DNA of 64,000 nt, taken from contig CM060733.1 in assembly GCA_030704615.1 (NCBI GenBank), positions 68,634,001 to 68,698,000 of the forward strand. The letters run 5' to 3'. The position numbers were made by a program, and so were the translations under genes. The DNA is from Takakia lepidozioides. Taxonomy: Eukaryota > Plantae > Bryophyta. Of the stretch, positions 24,814-38,016 are shown piece by piece. Numbering within the stretch: the stretch's first letter is position 1; each line of letters begins with the position of its first letter. The notes beneath the pieces are model-generated. The model ran no database searches and was not told the origin of the DNA. It worked only from the letters and a program-made list of their open reading frames with translations.

Positions 24814-27800
24814 GTTTTAACTAACAGTCCTGGCACTTGTCAGTGCGAACGCTCCTGTCTGTACCGAGAATACTGCTGGATCCACCCTCAGGAGAAACTG
24901 TCAGGAGATGTTATTTCGTCGCCGATTCGGCCATCATTGTCTAACTTACTGGCTATGGAATCACACCTCCCACCTTCATGCATGTAGCTTGAAACTATAC
25001 TTTCCACTTCAATGTGCGACTTCCAATCGTCGATGGACTCGGCATGGTGCCTGTGAGCCTTCATCTGTCGGTATACTGAACCTCGCGCTTGCCAACTTCG
25101 TGCGGTGTTCGATGGCTCCGAATTTCTACGCTATAGTTTGCTGTCCTCCGCAACTTGGGAGAGCCTGGATCCCAAACGAGGGAGGACTTTGGAGAGTGAC
25201 CGAAACTTACCTTTGTTCTAAATTCAAGCTCAAACCGGGCACAGTTTATTTGGAAGAAGAAAGGAAGGATGTTCCTGGACAGGTTGACGAGACCATTGTC
25301 GTGCTAGGTAACGACGGAGGTTGCGGAATCAAATGGCACGTACCCCCATCAGACACCATCCTGTACCGAGCTGTGGGAATGCCCATTCCCTTTCCGAATC
25401 AGTCGCTGCCCACACCATCCACAAAGGAGTCCGGAAACCGACAGGCGGCCACTGCCAACAGAGAGGTATGCAACGATAATCATTCCCGACCTGGACCGTC
25501 AAGACCCTCCATAGCTTCTCGTGTGGACGTATTCGACATTTCCGACGATGAAGATGAGTGCATTGAGGTCCCCATGTCCTCCACACGGTCGTTCAAATCC
25601 GACATGGACGTCTCTGCAGGTGCTACGCATGTACTCTCGAGCATAACTCCAACCCGGTCCATTGTGCAGCTCCTACGGCAACATCACCTCGATGGTTCTC
25701 GCTCCAAGCTGGCTGCTCTCGACTATGCCAAATTTCCGGTCAGGAAGGTAACGTATCTACCTCCCGAAGTCGATGGCAATGTCATCTTCAAGTTTCCACC
25801 TGTCACTTCCTCAAACAAAGCCTCAGGGATGTTAACAGACATGGATCGAAAGCATGACGGACACCCCTGGTGTGTGACGAAGACCAGTAGCACGAAAATT
25901 GCTGATGGTGTTCGTGTACGATACGTCCTCTGTGCGGGGAAGCTGAGGTGCTTGAATCCCGCTTGCTTCCACTTTCTTTCCAAAGGAGGGCGGAGAAACG
26001 AGACGGATTGGACTGGCACAATGCATCATCCATTCATTGTCTCCAGCCAAGCTCCTGCGGGTACTTTCAAGTGCGCACATTGCAAAGAACCACCGACGTG
26101 CATGTCCATGTGCAGAGCCAAGCAATATTACGTTATCCATTTGCTCCCGGACTTGACTAGAGCTTGCATACACGTTGGGGTCCACTGCCACCCCTTGGCG
26201 AGAGGCAACATGCGTGAGGCTGTGCAAGAAGCACACGACATCATAAAAGAGGAGGTGAAATTGAGCCCCGGAGCCAAACCAAAGCAGATTCAGCTGAAGG
26301 CAGCCCACAAGATTTCTCTTGGCAAAATCATGTCTGAAGATGGTTCAGACCGAGTGCCCTTGAACGAAGAGGAGATCTTGACCTGTTGGAGTCGGTCTCG
26401 CACGTTTGTAGTCCGAATGTGCGGAATCACATCGTATCTTGCAAGCAAGAGTTCGGCCGGGGGTCGGACATGCACTCAATCCCGGAGGTGAAACGAATGA
26501 CTGGATATGACTACATCCAAGGTAGCAGGTTTCCAGGGCAAGGCAGCGAATCCGATCGTTATTACATTTTTAAAATGTCGACGTGTGGGCCTGGGAGTGG
26601 AGTCGACTTGGTCACTCGCATGACAACTGGAAACCTGTCGAATGCTTGGGTAATGTTTGATCACATCAAGCGAATTACAAACCATCAGTGGGTGACTATG
26701 GGTGCGCATGTTTATGACTATCACTCCAAGAGGCTCATGACGATTGCAATCTGCGAGATGAAAGGGGAGGACACACAGTCGGAGATGCATCTGTGGGAGG
26801 GCATAAATGAGCAGATGGCAAGGGCGGGATTGCCAGAGCCCAATTTCAGGGGATTCATGGCAGACAACGCTCAGGCCAACTGGGCAGCGGTGCGGCGTGT
26901 GTACGGTGAGGACCCCAATGTGCCAATGGAGGGGAAAGAGAGATCATGTGGATTCCATTGGATGCAGAGTCTATCCCACTACACTACCAAATTTGTTGCT
27001 AGCTCATTCCAGGCTGAACACCGTGTCCTTTGTACGGCGTGGAAGGATGCACCCACATTTGATGACGCGGAGGTTAAGTTTGCTATCATCAAGGCTTGGT
27101 GGAACACGTCAGGTGCAGTGGAGACAACCAATTTGGGAGCCTTGCACAGCTGGTTGGGGTGGTGGCATTTCCGGTATCGACAGTTTGGACAATACATGCG
27201 GGAGGTATGATGCTGTCATTTTCGTGCATTTGTCTTTCTATTACGGACCTTTCCATTGGTTCCTCACCATTGTTTGTGTCCTTGTAGGAGCGGTGCTTGG
27301 ATTCCGACACGGACATGCCGAACACGAATATGGCAGAATCAGTGCACTCCTCCTGGCGAGCGTCTTCTGCCGCACATCTGGTGGACGTAGTGACGGCCAC
27401 AACGGAGGACATCGACAGAGCAATCATGCAGCAAGCCACGTACTACAAGTTCCTGAGCGGGAAACAATGGGGCTTTGGGCCGGACAGGGAGGAATTGTTG
27501 GTGCAAACAGCTTCGAGGTCGAAGAATCCACTGAAATGGGCAACAGCATTGCGAGAGAAGATCAAAGGGACGCCTCTGCACCGCAGAGGTGAGCACCTAG
27601 AGGGGGACGTCCGTACTCGCCCTGTGAGGCGGAGGATTGAAGAGGAACCCGGGTGCGAAGAGGATTCCTGGAGATCCGACAGGGAACATTCGGACAGCAC
27701 CTCGAGGGCTTGTCATGTTGCCGCACAATGTGTCTTCCAGCAGTGGAAGCCCAAGAAATTCCAGATCGCCATCGCCTTCAAGCGGGGATTCCGTGCGAGA

Positions 27801-28719
27801 AATTCCCACCGCTCGCTTGCCCCAGATTCCGCCCCCTGTTATGCAGTATGGCCAAGCCATTGTGGAGACGACTGTGTCTGCGTCACACTGGAGAATTGCT
27901 CGCACAAAGCCGTCGTTTCGAGGCAGGTGTTCCGCAATTCGAGTGGATACACGACAACGTTGTTTAGAGATGATAAGGAGGAATCCAGATGGTGCTGTCC
28001 CTGCTCCTACTTTTACAGGAAGATTTGTCCATGCAAAGTTTGCGGAGGCGACAACCACCCAGTTCTGGTTCTGCAGGCACGACATTATGACTTGCGTGTA
28101 TGGAAAGCCCAAGTACGGCATACAAACAATGCCAGAGGCTCCCCCGGTGTGGCCGGTGGAACCAGGCTGCGATCTGAGTCAGGTTGAGGCCGACGCCCTT
28201 ACCACCGCAAGATTTCGGATGGTGCAGCGCACTGACGTCCCCAGACAACCATTTCCGCTTCCACAGCCTCCACCACCGACCCCTGTGAGAGCAAGAACAA
28301 TGGGACCCGACAGCTCTAAGCATCCTACACACCGTTGGGGGAAACCGAAGAGGCGGCGACCTCCCTCAAAAGTGAACGAGACAAGGATGGGGAATGCACT
28401 TTGGATGAACTGTACAATCCAGAGCTCGACAGAAGTGCCCCCACCAGGCTTCGGGTGTGTGTATCAGATGGCCACGGCAGGCTCAGCTATTTGCAATGAG
28501 GTGTACACCATCACCATTTCAGAATTACCCACCTGCAATTGCACCGACTTTCAGATCATGGCGAACAAGGGGGCATCATACTGCCCTTGCAAGCATCTGT
28601 ACTACGTGTACCTAAAGAGACTCCGGTGTAATTCCACAACTCATCACTTCATACATGCACCAGGGTTGAGCCCCCAAGAGGTGCACACTCTTCTGAATAT
28701 GGATCCAGGGGACCAGTGA
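24814..28719 (+). pseudogene. MULE transposase: GCM-like domain, DDE core and C-terminal SWIM finger; frameshifted
   Basis: DGHPW..T.....RYVLCAGKLRC..C...CxxC...C...HxGxHxHP (GCM/WRKY-like). WVMFDH, FMADNAQAN, CGFH and TNMAESVH (D, D, CxxH, E). PTCNCTDF...CKHL (SWIM). Intron ~27205-27287; frameshifts near 25296, 26380 and 27650. Confidence 0.85.
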
Positions 28720-29040
28720 CCTTGGCTTGCGGTCCCAACACAATGGTACGCCCATCCTTTTCGGATAGTAGAACTGTACTGCTGCAAGTAGCTCTGACTC
28801 TTGCAGAACTCTCTATGAAGAGTGTATGAAGTTGAATTCGAACTTTGGAGTGCAAATGAGGGCAGAAAATATGGTTTTGGGTGCAGATGACTTTTATTCA
28901 CTCCCAATTTTGCACGCACATTGCATATGCTGTCATTAAGCATATGGTTGAAAATAAGAATAAAACAAATTCATGTGCAGGCGAAACACAGCTTTCCGTC
29001 TCCACAACACGTATATGTCCATTCAAAGAGCGAACGAACA

Positions 29041-29320
29041 GTTGATCATCCAAATGATTTTTGTTTACTTTCAAACTTTGTCAGTATGTTCAGTATACCA
29101 TCTGATAGGTCCCAGACGAATATGACATCAATCGAAATTCATTCAAATGGCGATCAAATCATCGCCCATTCAAATGATTTGTTTTTGCTTTGAAACTTTG
29201 TAGGTATGTTCTGCATACCATCCGACATGTCCCGGACAAATATGAGATCAATCAAAATTCATTCAATGGGCCAACGGATGGTTGCCCATCTAAATGATTT
29301 TTGTGTGCTTTGAAACTTTG
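29041..29320. repeat. Tandem repeat, 120-bp period, ~2.3 copies
   Basis: CAAATGATTT..TGAAACTTTG recurs at 29051, 29171 and 29291. Confidence 0.8.
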
Positions 29321-32300
29321 AAACTTTGCTTTATTAAAGATGAGCAACAAAAGATGAGCAACAAGAAGAAAGATATTTTATATGAATCAGTTAATTGGTT
29401 AATGTATACAAAGTACATCAAGAGAATATCTATTATGCCCCTCTACGCGATCCCAGTCTCAAAACAACCTTACGTCTGTTATACACATCCCATTCATGTT
29501 GTATCCTGAGGTCCCAAGCATCCAGCAAGAACTTGTAGGATGCAAATAGCTCGGTGCTAATACTAGTCTTACTAGCACACACGGATACTACTACTCCAGA
29601 ATATCATCGGGAGGGTCATTCCTCATTGTCAAGCTCCAAATCTTCTCCAACGTACTCATGATCATCATCAACATTAATGTCCTCCCTATCTGAAGCCTCA
29701 TCACACGGCGAATCATCATCCGTATACCCATGATATGGCTCATGCACCGGCTGAACCATAGGATGAGGATCATGTTCTTCATGTTCTTCATTATCGTTCT
29801 CTTCCTCGTCTTCAGATGCCTCCTCGTCATCCTCCTCTCCAATGCCCACCTCAATGTTTACTTCACGATCTCCAACGTTAGTGTTGGAGGCCAGTTGTTC
29901 CTCAATTTCCTCCACCCAATGCATCATCATCTCCACCCTCATACGGTGTCCACCTTCCCACCGGAAGGCAGTAGCCCTATGGGGTCAAGTGACACCATAA
30001 GTTACGTTAAGCAGTAGCGTCCACCCTTCTCCACCCTCATCCTCGGCCTCCTCTTCCTCTTGCACGGCCTCTTCCCCCTCCTCTCCGTGATCCCGTGGGT
30101 CTTCATCTTCCATACCCCACTTAGAACCCTCGCCATGATAAATGCGCCTTCCTCTTGGCCGAGCATGCACAACCACCTTCCAATTGCCCGATCTAGTATT
30201 ATCCGTGAAAAAAAAGACTTGCTCCATATCGGAAGGCCATGCAAATGGCTCGTCAGTGATGCGACTACAGGGAAGGATCCTATCCGCATTGACTTGCATG
30301 AAGCCACATTCATCTTGTTGTAGTGTTGCATTTGCCCCTACAGTGTTGGATCGGAACCACCTCCCCTTGAAAATAATAGGTCGATACTCATCATACTGAA
30401 GTTGCAAAATGGCATCAATCTCCCCAATATATTCAAGCTTTCTTCTTTCGGGTCGAGTGTCCCTTGTGCTTGACACGGAATCTTGCCAATATGTTGCACA
30501 CAAACCAGAGTCAAAAGTGGTCTTCCGGCACATGTCAAGAGAGCGGATGCGGAAATGGCAACCACGAACCCACATTGAGGTGAACGAAAAGACATATTGG
30601 GATGGCCCCCTCGCTAGCTCGCGCACCAAGGCTGACACCACCTCACCGTTGTTCATTGCATGCTCAACTGCACTCCAAAGCCAATGACGGAAGGGTCTCA
30701 ATTGCTGCAAATCAGAAGGCAAAGCGGAAACCAGCCCTCGCCCGCGGCCTCGCCCTCGCGATGCACGCACCTGATCCTGTCCATGTGTGCGTCTCCAAGT
30801 GTGACTAGCCTCCAACCGCCGTGCATTCTCATTCGCATGTCTTGCCTCCCACTCCACTATACACGGGGTGTTCTTCAAAGGTATGACGCCTCCCGAAGGA
30901 AGCGTAACTTATGGTGTCACTTCACCACAAGGGCTACTGCCTTCCAGCTGAAAGGTGGACACCTTCATGACACACCAGACCATGGTTTGAACCCACGACC
31001 ACATCCAACGTGGTATGTGCCCATTACCACTGGGCTACATATTGGTTGTCGGAGTGTTCTTCAACACAAATTAGGCATGTGCTTGCTCTACCAATGTGGC
31101 GGAAAGCTTCACCCTCTTGGACTTTTTTGGCAAAACTTGCTCCTTGCTTATTACATCCCCCTCTTCCTTCCACATTCGGGGGTGTCTTTGTCCACCCTCT
31201 TCATGTACTCCGTACATAGAACCATAGCCTCCTGCAAGGTGTACCCCTCCGCCATACTACCCTCGAGATGCGCCCTTTTTTGCACATGTGCTTTCAGGTC
31301 CTTCATATAGCGCTCAAGAAAGTACATCCAACAAGCATGGACCGGACCGGCAATCTCGGCCTCCTCCACGTTCAAATGCACTACCGAGTGCACTTGGAGG
31401 TCAAAGAAATTAGGGGGAAAATGCATCTCCAACATACACAACACCGTGGCCGCCTCCACTTTCATTCGTTCAAAATCCTTCTCTTCCATCTCTTTTGTGC
31501 AAATCCAACGGAACAAGTCCCTCAGTCGATAGACGGCTTTCCGAATGCCCTCATGTAGTGTCCCTTGTATTGCAACGGGAAGGATGTCTTGCAAAATGTT
31601 GTGGTAGTCATGAGACTTCAAACCATGGATAGTGGCGGCATCCTCAAATTTGTTGCGTAGAGACAGAAGAAATATTAATACTATAGATAATATCAAATTA
31701 AGTTGTACCTAGATAGTCATGCATTGTCCATAGCAAAAGCCCTCGCAAGAGAAAAGAACATCGGCCAGTGAGTGCCGATGCATCATAGGCTGGAACTCCA
31801 TTCCATAAAAGCTTCAGTTCGTCAACCAATGGATGCATATACACATCCATGTCCTTCACTTGTTTTTTTCCTACTACACAAGTTATTTACAATACATATC
31901 AGATCGTTTCAAACACAAACAAAACAAATCATCTTAGTTACATATATATTCGACATTGTACTTCCACGTACATCGTAAAGCAACAAGAAAGAGTTGTGTT
32001 ATTCACCTGGCACAATGGCAGCCAATATAATATGGCCCTTCTTGATAGCAAGATAGGGAGGGATGTTGCAATTAACCAGTGTCAAAGGCCAAGTTGAATG
32101 GCTACTGGATTGGACTGAGAATGGATTGACACCATCCATAGACAAGCCGAGACGGACATGTCTAGGATCTTCTTTCAGAAAAGGCCATTTCTCCTCAGTG
32201 TGTTTCCATGCTTGAGAATCATGGGGGCCACACACCTTTCTCGGGGGGCTTCGATGTGTCGCATACCACTTCATGAGTTGTGCGAAGGATGGACTCCGAA

Positions 32301-32590
32301 ATTGTGCTTTCAAGCATGGGATGTTTGGAAAATAATGCATTTTCTAACCCCACCCACAATCAATATGACAAAATCAACTTCATGTTTATATTTCCATATA
32401 CTCTCATATTACACATACATACATATGAATTGCACAACATATGAATTGAGAACAATCTGCTATCTTGAACCCTAAACCCTAAATTACACTGACATCACTG
32501 ACATTACTGACATCAATGAATATTTGATTTGCCTATTCCCTGCATATTTCATGCCTATTTCATGCCTATTTCAAGTATTTATTCTTTTAT

Positions 32591-33666
32591 ATGTACTTGT
32601 CGAGCGGCTTTTACTCACCCATCCCTTAGCTATCCGAGGTGGAAACTCCAAGATGAAGAGTTGGAATTCTCTAAGCACTCAGCCCGCTCAGAACAATCAG
32701 TCATGACCTACAACTAGTGTATCATGGGGGTGCTTCCTATTTGTATTCCTTCTCGCATTCACATTAGCAAGTTACCTTATTATCTATGATTAAGTATCAG
32801 ATTGCTTCTGCAATCTTCCATGTTCCATCTACCCAAGCATCCATTCCACAGCTTCACTCAGGTCTCTCTACACGGTGTGAGTATGAAATATGTATCAGAT
32901 TAATATCTATAAAGTATCAAGCCGAAGCCATGGTGTTTCTAATCTGCTCTACAGTGCATCTCTACAGCTTGCAGGAATCAAGCATCATCTTGTCGTATCT
33001 CCTCCTCTGTGTAATCTCCATTCCTGCGCTCCAAGATCGTGCTCTCCGCCTGATCTCCTCCAGTGATCTCCAAGAAGTGATCTCCAAGAAGTGACCCTCT
33101 CCATGTTGCTACTCTTCCTATTCTACCTGTAAGCTGTTCTAACCGCCTAACTAACTAACTAACTGTCATCCAAGACAGAATGCACGTTCCCCCTGCAGAT
33201 GTCGTTCCCACATAGTCGTTCCCTATCAATGATAATCGTTCCATGTGAACGCTGTAACGGGCTGTGCCAAGCTGTGTCGGGCTGTGACTGTGACTAGCTG
33301 TGTCGGACTATGTCGGGCTGTGATAGACTGTGATAGGATGTGTAAGGCTGTGTAAGGTTGTGTCAGGCTGTGTCAAACTGTGTAAGGCTGTGTCAGGCTG
33401 TGTAAGGCTGTGACAAGATGTGTAAGGTTGTGATTGACTGTGTTAGGCTATGTCAGGCTGTGACAGGCTGTGTCAAGCTGTGTCTAACTGTGTAAGGCTG
33501 TGACTGACTGTGTAAGCCTGTCTACCACCCCTAAGACCTGTGTCTGTCACCCCTAAGGCCTCTGTTGGTCTGAGTCTACCATCCGTAAGTCTGCGCAAAA
33601 TTAAGGGTACCCCACAAAACCCGTAAAATTGTCTAAGTCCCAGACAACCCTCTAACAATACTAACA
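32591..33666 (-). mobile_element. Probable solo-LTR-like insertion in a CACTA intron
   Basis: Minus strand begins TGTTAG (33666) and ends ..GTACA(T). TTTAT flanks both sides (32586-32590 and 33667-33671). No coding homology seen. Confidence 0.45.
33259..33520. repeat. 10-bp-period minisatellite (TGTCAGGCTG/TGTAAGGCTG)n
   Basis: About 25 degenerate units, directly visible. Confidence 0.9.
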
Positions 33667-34779
33667 TTTATGAAACGCAAAATTATTCGGGAAATATCAT
33701 AACCTAATTCAAAACCCAAAACCCTACCAAGTTATACAATGGAAATTAGATAATTTACCTTTCGTGGGATCTTCTTTCCTTGAACAAATGTCATCTTAGT
33801 ATCTAGATTGTTTGCACCGGGGACACGTGGTAGCACGCTCGTGGTCTCCATAGTACAAGGTCCGATCACAAGGACATGCATGGATAATTTTGTAACCCAT
33901 CCCCACTGAGTCAAGGACTTGTCTTGCCTCTTTTCTCGAGCGTGACAATTTTTTTTTACTCTACATGGGGGGCGAGGATGTAGTCTCCAATAGTGCGCAT
34001 GATTGCAGACATACCAACATTGCTTATGTCAAACCAGGTTTGCAAATTAAGCAATAACAATATGGTGGAAAGCCTACTGACTTTCGCCCCTTTGTACAAC
34101 GGTGTGTTGGCCTCATCCTCCATTGCACTTGGACCCGGATCTTCTCCATCCACCGTGGACGTATCGTGATGATCCCCAATGTGTTGTCCCTCGACACCCA
34201 AATGGTTCATTAAAAGATCCTCCATGGCTCTGACCTCATCAAGGTCCAAACCATCCTCAACATTGGGAACATCCCTTACAAAGTCTTGGGAATATGCAAG
34301 TGGGGCCCCACCCTCATTCATCTCATGGTCCTCCTCGCCATAGTCAACATTCTCTGCCTCAATGCCGGTATGAGATGGCTAGTGCCTCGATGCATACATT
34401 TCTGGTGCATGCACCTTATTAGAAGACCAAAACATTTTTTTCAATACAATATACAATGTTCTATTCAAATTACATGTGTGTGGTGTTGGTACTTTTCTTT
34501 CAGCCATCTAAAAGGATAGGCCCAAGATTTCATTTATTTTTAAGGATGAAAGTAAATATGGAATGCTCAAGCAATGATGACAATGATTCATGTTATGAAA
34601 TATTGTATATATCAGGTGGAACCCTAGTATGAGTGACAGAAAAAGGAGGGGAAAAAAACAAAAAACACACCGTGCTTGCCAAGTGACCCCTTATGTGTCG
34701 CTTAAGCAACGTCCCCCGCCGCCCCCCCCCCCCCCCCCCCCAACAAGACCCCCCAAGAACCCCACCCCCCCCAGAAAAA

Positions 34780-35290
34780 AATATAAAACCCCAAAATGCG
34801 ACGCCATGTGCGTCGCAGTAAACCTGCGACGCTTTTGGCGGCGTAATACGCCCCCCTAGCCCCCCCCCCCGCTTCCCCCCACACAAGAAAAAAAACCCCA
34901 AAATGCGACGCTCTGGGAGTCGCAGCAAAACTGTGACGCTTTTGGCGGCGTAAGGCACCCCTGGCCCCCCTCCCCTGCCCCCCACACAAAAAAAAAAACC
35001 CCAAAATGCGACGCTCTGGGAGTCGCAGCAAAACTGCAACGCTTTTGGCGGCGTAAGCCCCCCCCCCCCAAGACGATCTACCCCCAAAAAAACCCCAAAG
35101 GCGTCGCCGTAAAAATGCGACGTTTTTGCGGCGCTTAGCGTCCCCCTGGGCATCGCAATAGAACTACGACGTTTTTAAAAAAAGAAAAATCAAAATAAGA
35201 ACAAATGACAGATTTTCCATTGCTTGAATTAAAACAATATAAAACCCAACCCCAAATTTGAAAATTGCGTCTCAAAAGCGACGCAATTTT
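34780..35290. repeat. Subterminal-type repeats (AAAATGCGACGC / GCGTCGCA / GACGCTTTTGGCGGCGTAA) upstream of the CACTA gene
   Basis: Three ~105-bp units plus scattered direct and inverted motif copies. Confidence 0.7.
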
Positions 35291-35627
35291 TGAAATTCAT
35301 ATCTCGCGATGGATGATAATCATCCATCGCGTGCTAAAATCGATGAATATATGCCCATGTCCGTCGGACATGGGCAACCCTCATCCCCTATCTGTCTCTC
35401 TCTCCCCTTTCTCTCTGTCTCTAAGTGTCATCGACACTCTCTCCCTCTGCACCCTCTCTCTCTCATGCACTCTCTCCCCCTTGTAGGAATCTTGTGAGGG
35501 GAGAGGGAAGACTCCGGCCGAAGCCGGCGTAACTAAGAGCCACTTCGCCTTGCGGCTACTGCCGCCTTTCGGGGGTGGGCCCTATAAACTATGGGGTGCT
35601 CGGAGAGCACCGGGAACCTTAGAAATG

Positions 35628-35652
35628 GGAGAGAGAGAGAGGGTCCAGAGAC

Positions 35653-35735
<83 letters not shown>
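35628..35735. repeat. (GA)n microsatellite
   Basis: Directly visible. Confidence 0.95.
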
Positions 35736-35739
<4 letters not shown>

Positions 35740-35870
35740 GTGGAGGGGGAGGAGGGGGGATGGGTACCCCCTGGGGGGTACCCCGGGTGCACCCTGGGGT
35801 ATGAAGCCACTTGGGGACCTAGGAGGCTGGATTCGAGCTGCCTCTTGTTAATGATAATTGTTGTAAGGGA

Positions 35871-36183
35871 TGTCAAGTTATTTTATCACTAGTGTGAAAC
35901 TAGCTAGGAAATAGTTAGTTTTGATATATTGACATTTGGGATTGATCCAAGTGTCAATCCAGGGGCCAATATGTGTTTGGGCACCTGGCGTGGTTATCTT
36001 CACGGCAGATCGCGGTGGGCTCATCTTTCTCAAGTTGAGCCTCGTCTAGCTATGGTGCTGTAGTGTGGATTCCCCATGGCGTGGGGTGCACTTGGCTCGA
36101 CTTAATATATGAGTGATGTTTTCATGTGCAAGTGTGTGAGCTTGGTAGAGAGCTTGTGTGCTTGTAATCCTTCTTGTTTATCA
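35871..36183 (+). mobile_element. Diverged LTR-like sequence (TGTCAAGTTA...TTATCA) related to the 354-bp LTRs, opposite orientation
   Basis: Same termini and internal motifs as the reverse complement of 48806-49160; followed by CTCGAGAAAGAT. Confidence 0.7.
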
Positions 36184-37172
36184 CTCGAGAAAGATCAGCT
36201 CGAATCTGTGAATGCCAGGTTCGAGTTAGTTGTAGCACTTGTGTTTTCAGATCGTGAGAAACGGTTCAGCCTAGAGTGTAGGGATCCGTGCATGAGCCTA
36301 TCCAAAGCGGATAGAGTGCAAAGGCGAACAGGTTGCAGGTTTGCAATGGGTAGATGAGGAGCAGCCGAATAGTGGAGCTGCGAGGGGATGCATCACAGCC
36401 TGTTGGGAGCTTCAGCTCCAAGCTCATTAAGAGGTATGAGTGAAGAGAGGGGGTTGGTCCCTGCTGTGTGCAAATCAGTGCACTTATGAAGCATGTGTTG
36501 AATTGAAGTTTCAATCTGAAACTCTAGCACTGTAAGGGCTCTTGAAGTGGCAAGAGTGGGGCTGGAAGGGCAGCAACGAGGCGCTCTAGAGCCAAGGGAT
36601 ATGCATGAGAAGTGCAGGTGCACCAAGTTTGTAAAGGTGTGTATTTTCAGATTCGTTTTTTGTGAGCTTCTTGAAGAAATGGAGCTTGTTGGGCACCATA
36701 TTGCTTGCTTGTTGAGTTTGGGGTGCCTCTGGAGGGCCGTGAGAACTCAAGAGAGCATGGCAGCAGATCTGGTGGCTTCGAAGAAGCCATAGCTCGTCAG
36801 CAGCAGGTGCAGGAGCAAACTCCAGCTCGGGGAGAGCTCGGGAACGCATGGGAATTCGTGGGGAGTTCCTGGGAATGCAGGGAACCGTGGCCGTGATGGG
36901 CAGTGGGGCCGGTATCACGAGATACCATGAGCCCAGCCATGGCTGTTGACCGAGGCCGTTGACCGTGACCGTGGGGAGTCGTGGCGCGGACACCACGGGA
37001 GGGCACGTTGACCGGCTCGTGGGAATGGCGGGCCGTGGTCGGAGGCCGTGCGGGGTCGTGATTGTGATACCACGGGGTATCACGGGGCAGTTTGTGGGCA
37101 GCGTATGCCTAGGGCGGGCCGTGAGAAGTCGTGGCGATGAGGGCCACGGAAGGGCTGCGAACAGGCAGAGCG

Positions 37173-37206
<34 letters not shown>

Positions 37207-37244
37207 AAAACAAAACAAAACAAAACTTTTTCACTCGTTTCGTG

Positions 37245-37745
37245 TGTCGTGCGCATACGTAACGCAACACAACTACATCGCTGTCCAAACCACACCACAC
37301 ATATATGCACAATAAAGATAAGAAAACTAGAAAACACACTGCTCACACCAGAAACAACATGAATCCATCGCTATCACTCTTTAAAACAGAAGTCGAGCCA
37401 GGGGCACCCCAAGCTATGGGGACTCCACCCCACAACAACCTACACTCCCATCATAAGCACACTCAAATCTAAACGCATGAAGGAGCTCGGTCGCGCAGGC
37501 TCAACTCGAGAAAGATGAGCTGCGCGACTGCCGCTCTCGTGAAGATAAGACGGGTCAGGTGTCAAACTAAACTTGACACCTGATTTAACACTTGACCTAA
37601 ATCCAAGTGTTAAATACAAATAACTAGCTTTATTCTAGCTAGTTTCACACTGTGCTTATTTAACTTGACAGCTGTCGTGCGCATACGTATCGCAACACAA
37701 CTACATCGCTGTCCAAACCACACCACACATATATGCACAATAAAG
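37245..37745. repeat. 73-bp direct repeat (37245-37317 and 37673-37745) bracketing the left LTR-like copy
   Basis: 72/73 identical by eye. Confidence 0.9.
37317..37670 (-). repeat. LTR-like repeat (3' copy)
   Basis: Identical to 48807-49160; starts TGTCAAG on the minus strand and lacks the terminal A of CA. Confidence 0.85.
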
Positions 37746-38016
37746 TAGTCTACCACAATCGCCCCCCTAGCTGGTGGATAGGTCCCTCTACCTCCATATA
37801 GCTACAAGACGTAATAGCCATAGCCGTACTAAGTCCTCTATCACTGTCCCTATCGTACTCAAACTCTATAGACCAAGAGGCCGGGTACAAGAGTAGCCCC
37901 ATCGTTAGTCGCCGTCTTGCAATCTGTGAACTTGAGCCAGGACTTCGTGTATTCAAGGTCTCCCGTAGCTGGGCCTTGCGTTTTTTGTTAGCCTTCCATG
38001 GTTGTATCCACTCCCA

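Larger units (their letters stand above)
29616..34321 (-). pseudogene. CACTA/En-Spm transposase remnant (Transposase_21, DUF4218, DUF4216, acidic tail); internally deleted and interrupted
   Basis: EDPRHVRLGLSMDGVNPF; HGLKSHDYH..LEMHFPPNFFD..GPV..WMYFLERYMKDLK..EGSMAEGY; DSGLC...YIGEIDAILQLQY..FKGRWF; paralogous to 11440-13534. Confidence 0.9.

Noticed and set aside
29500-35870. CACTA terminal inverted repeats
   Set aside because: No convincing CACTA...TAGTG pair with a 3-bp TSD could be found, so element boundaries are left undefined.
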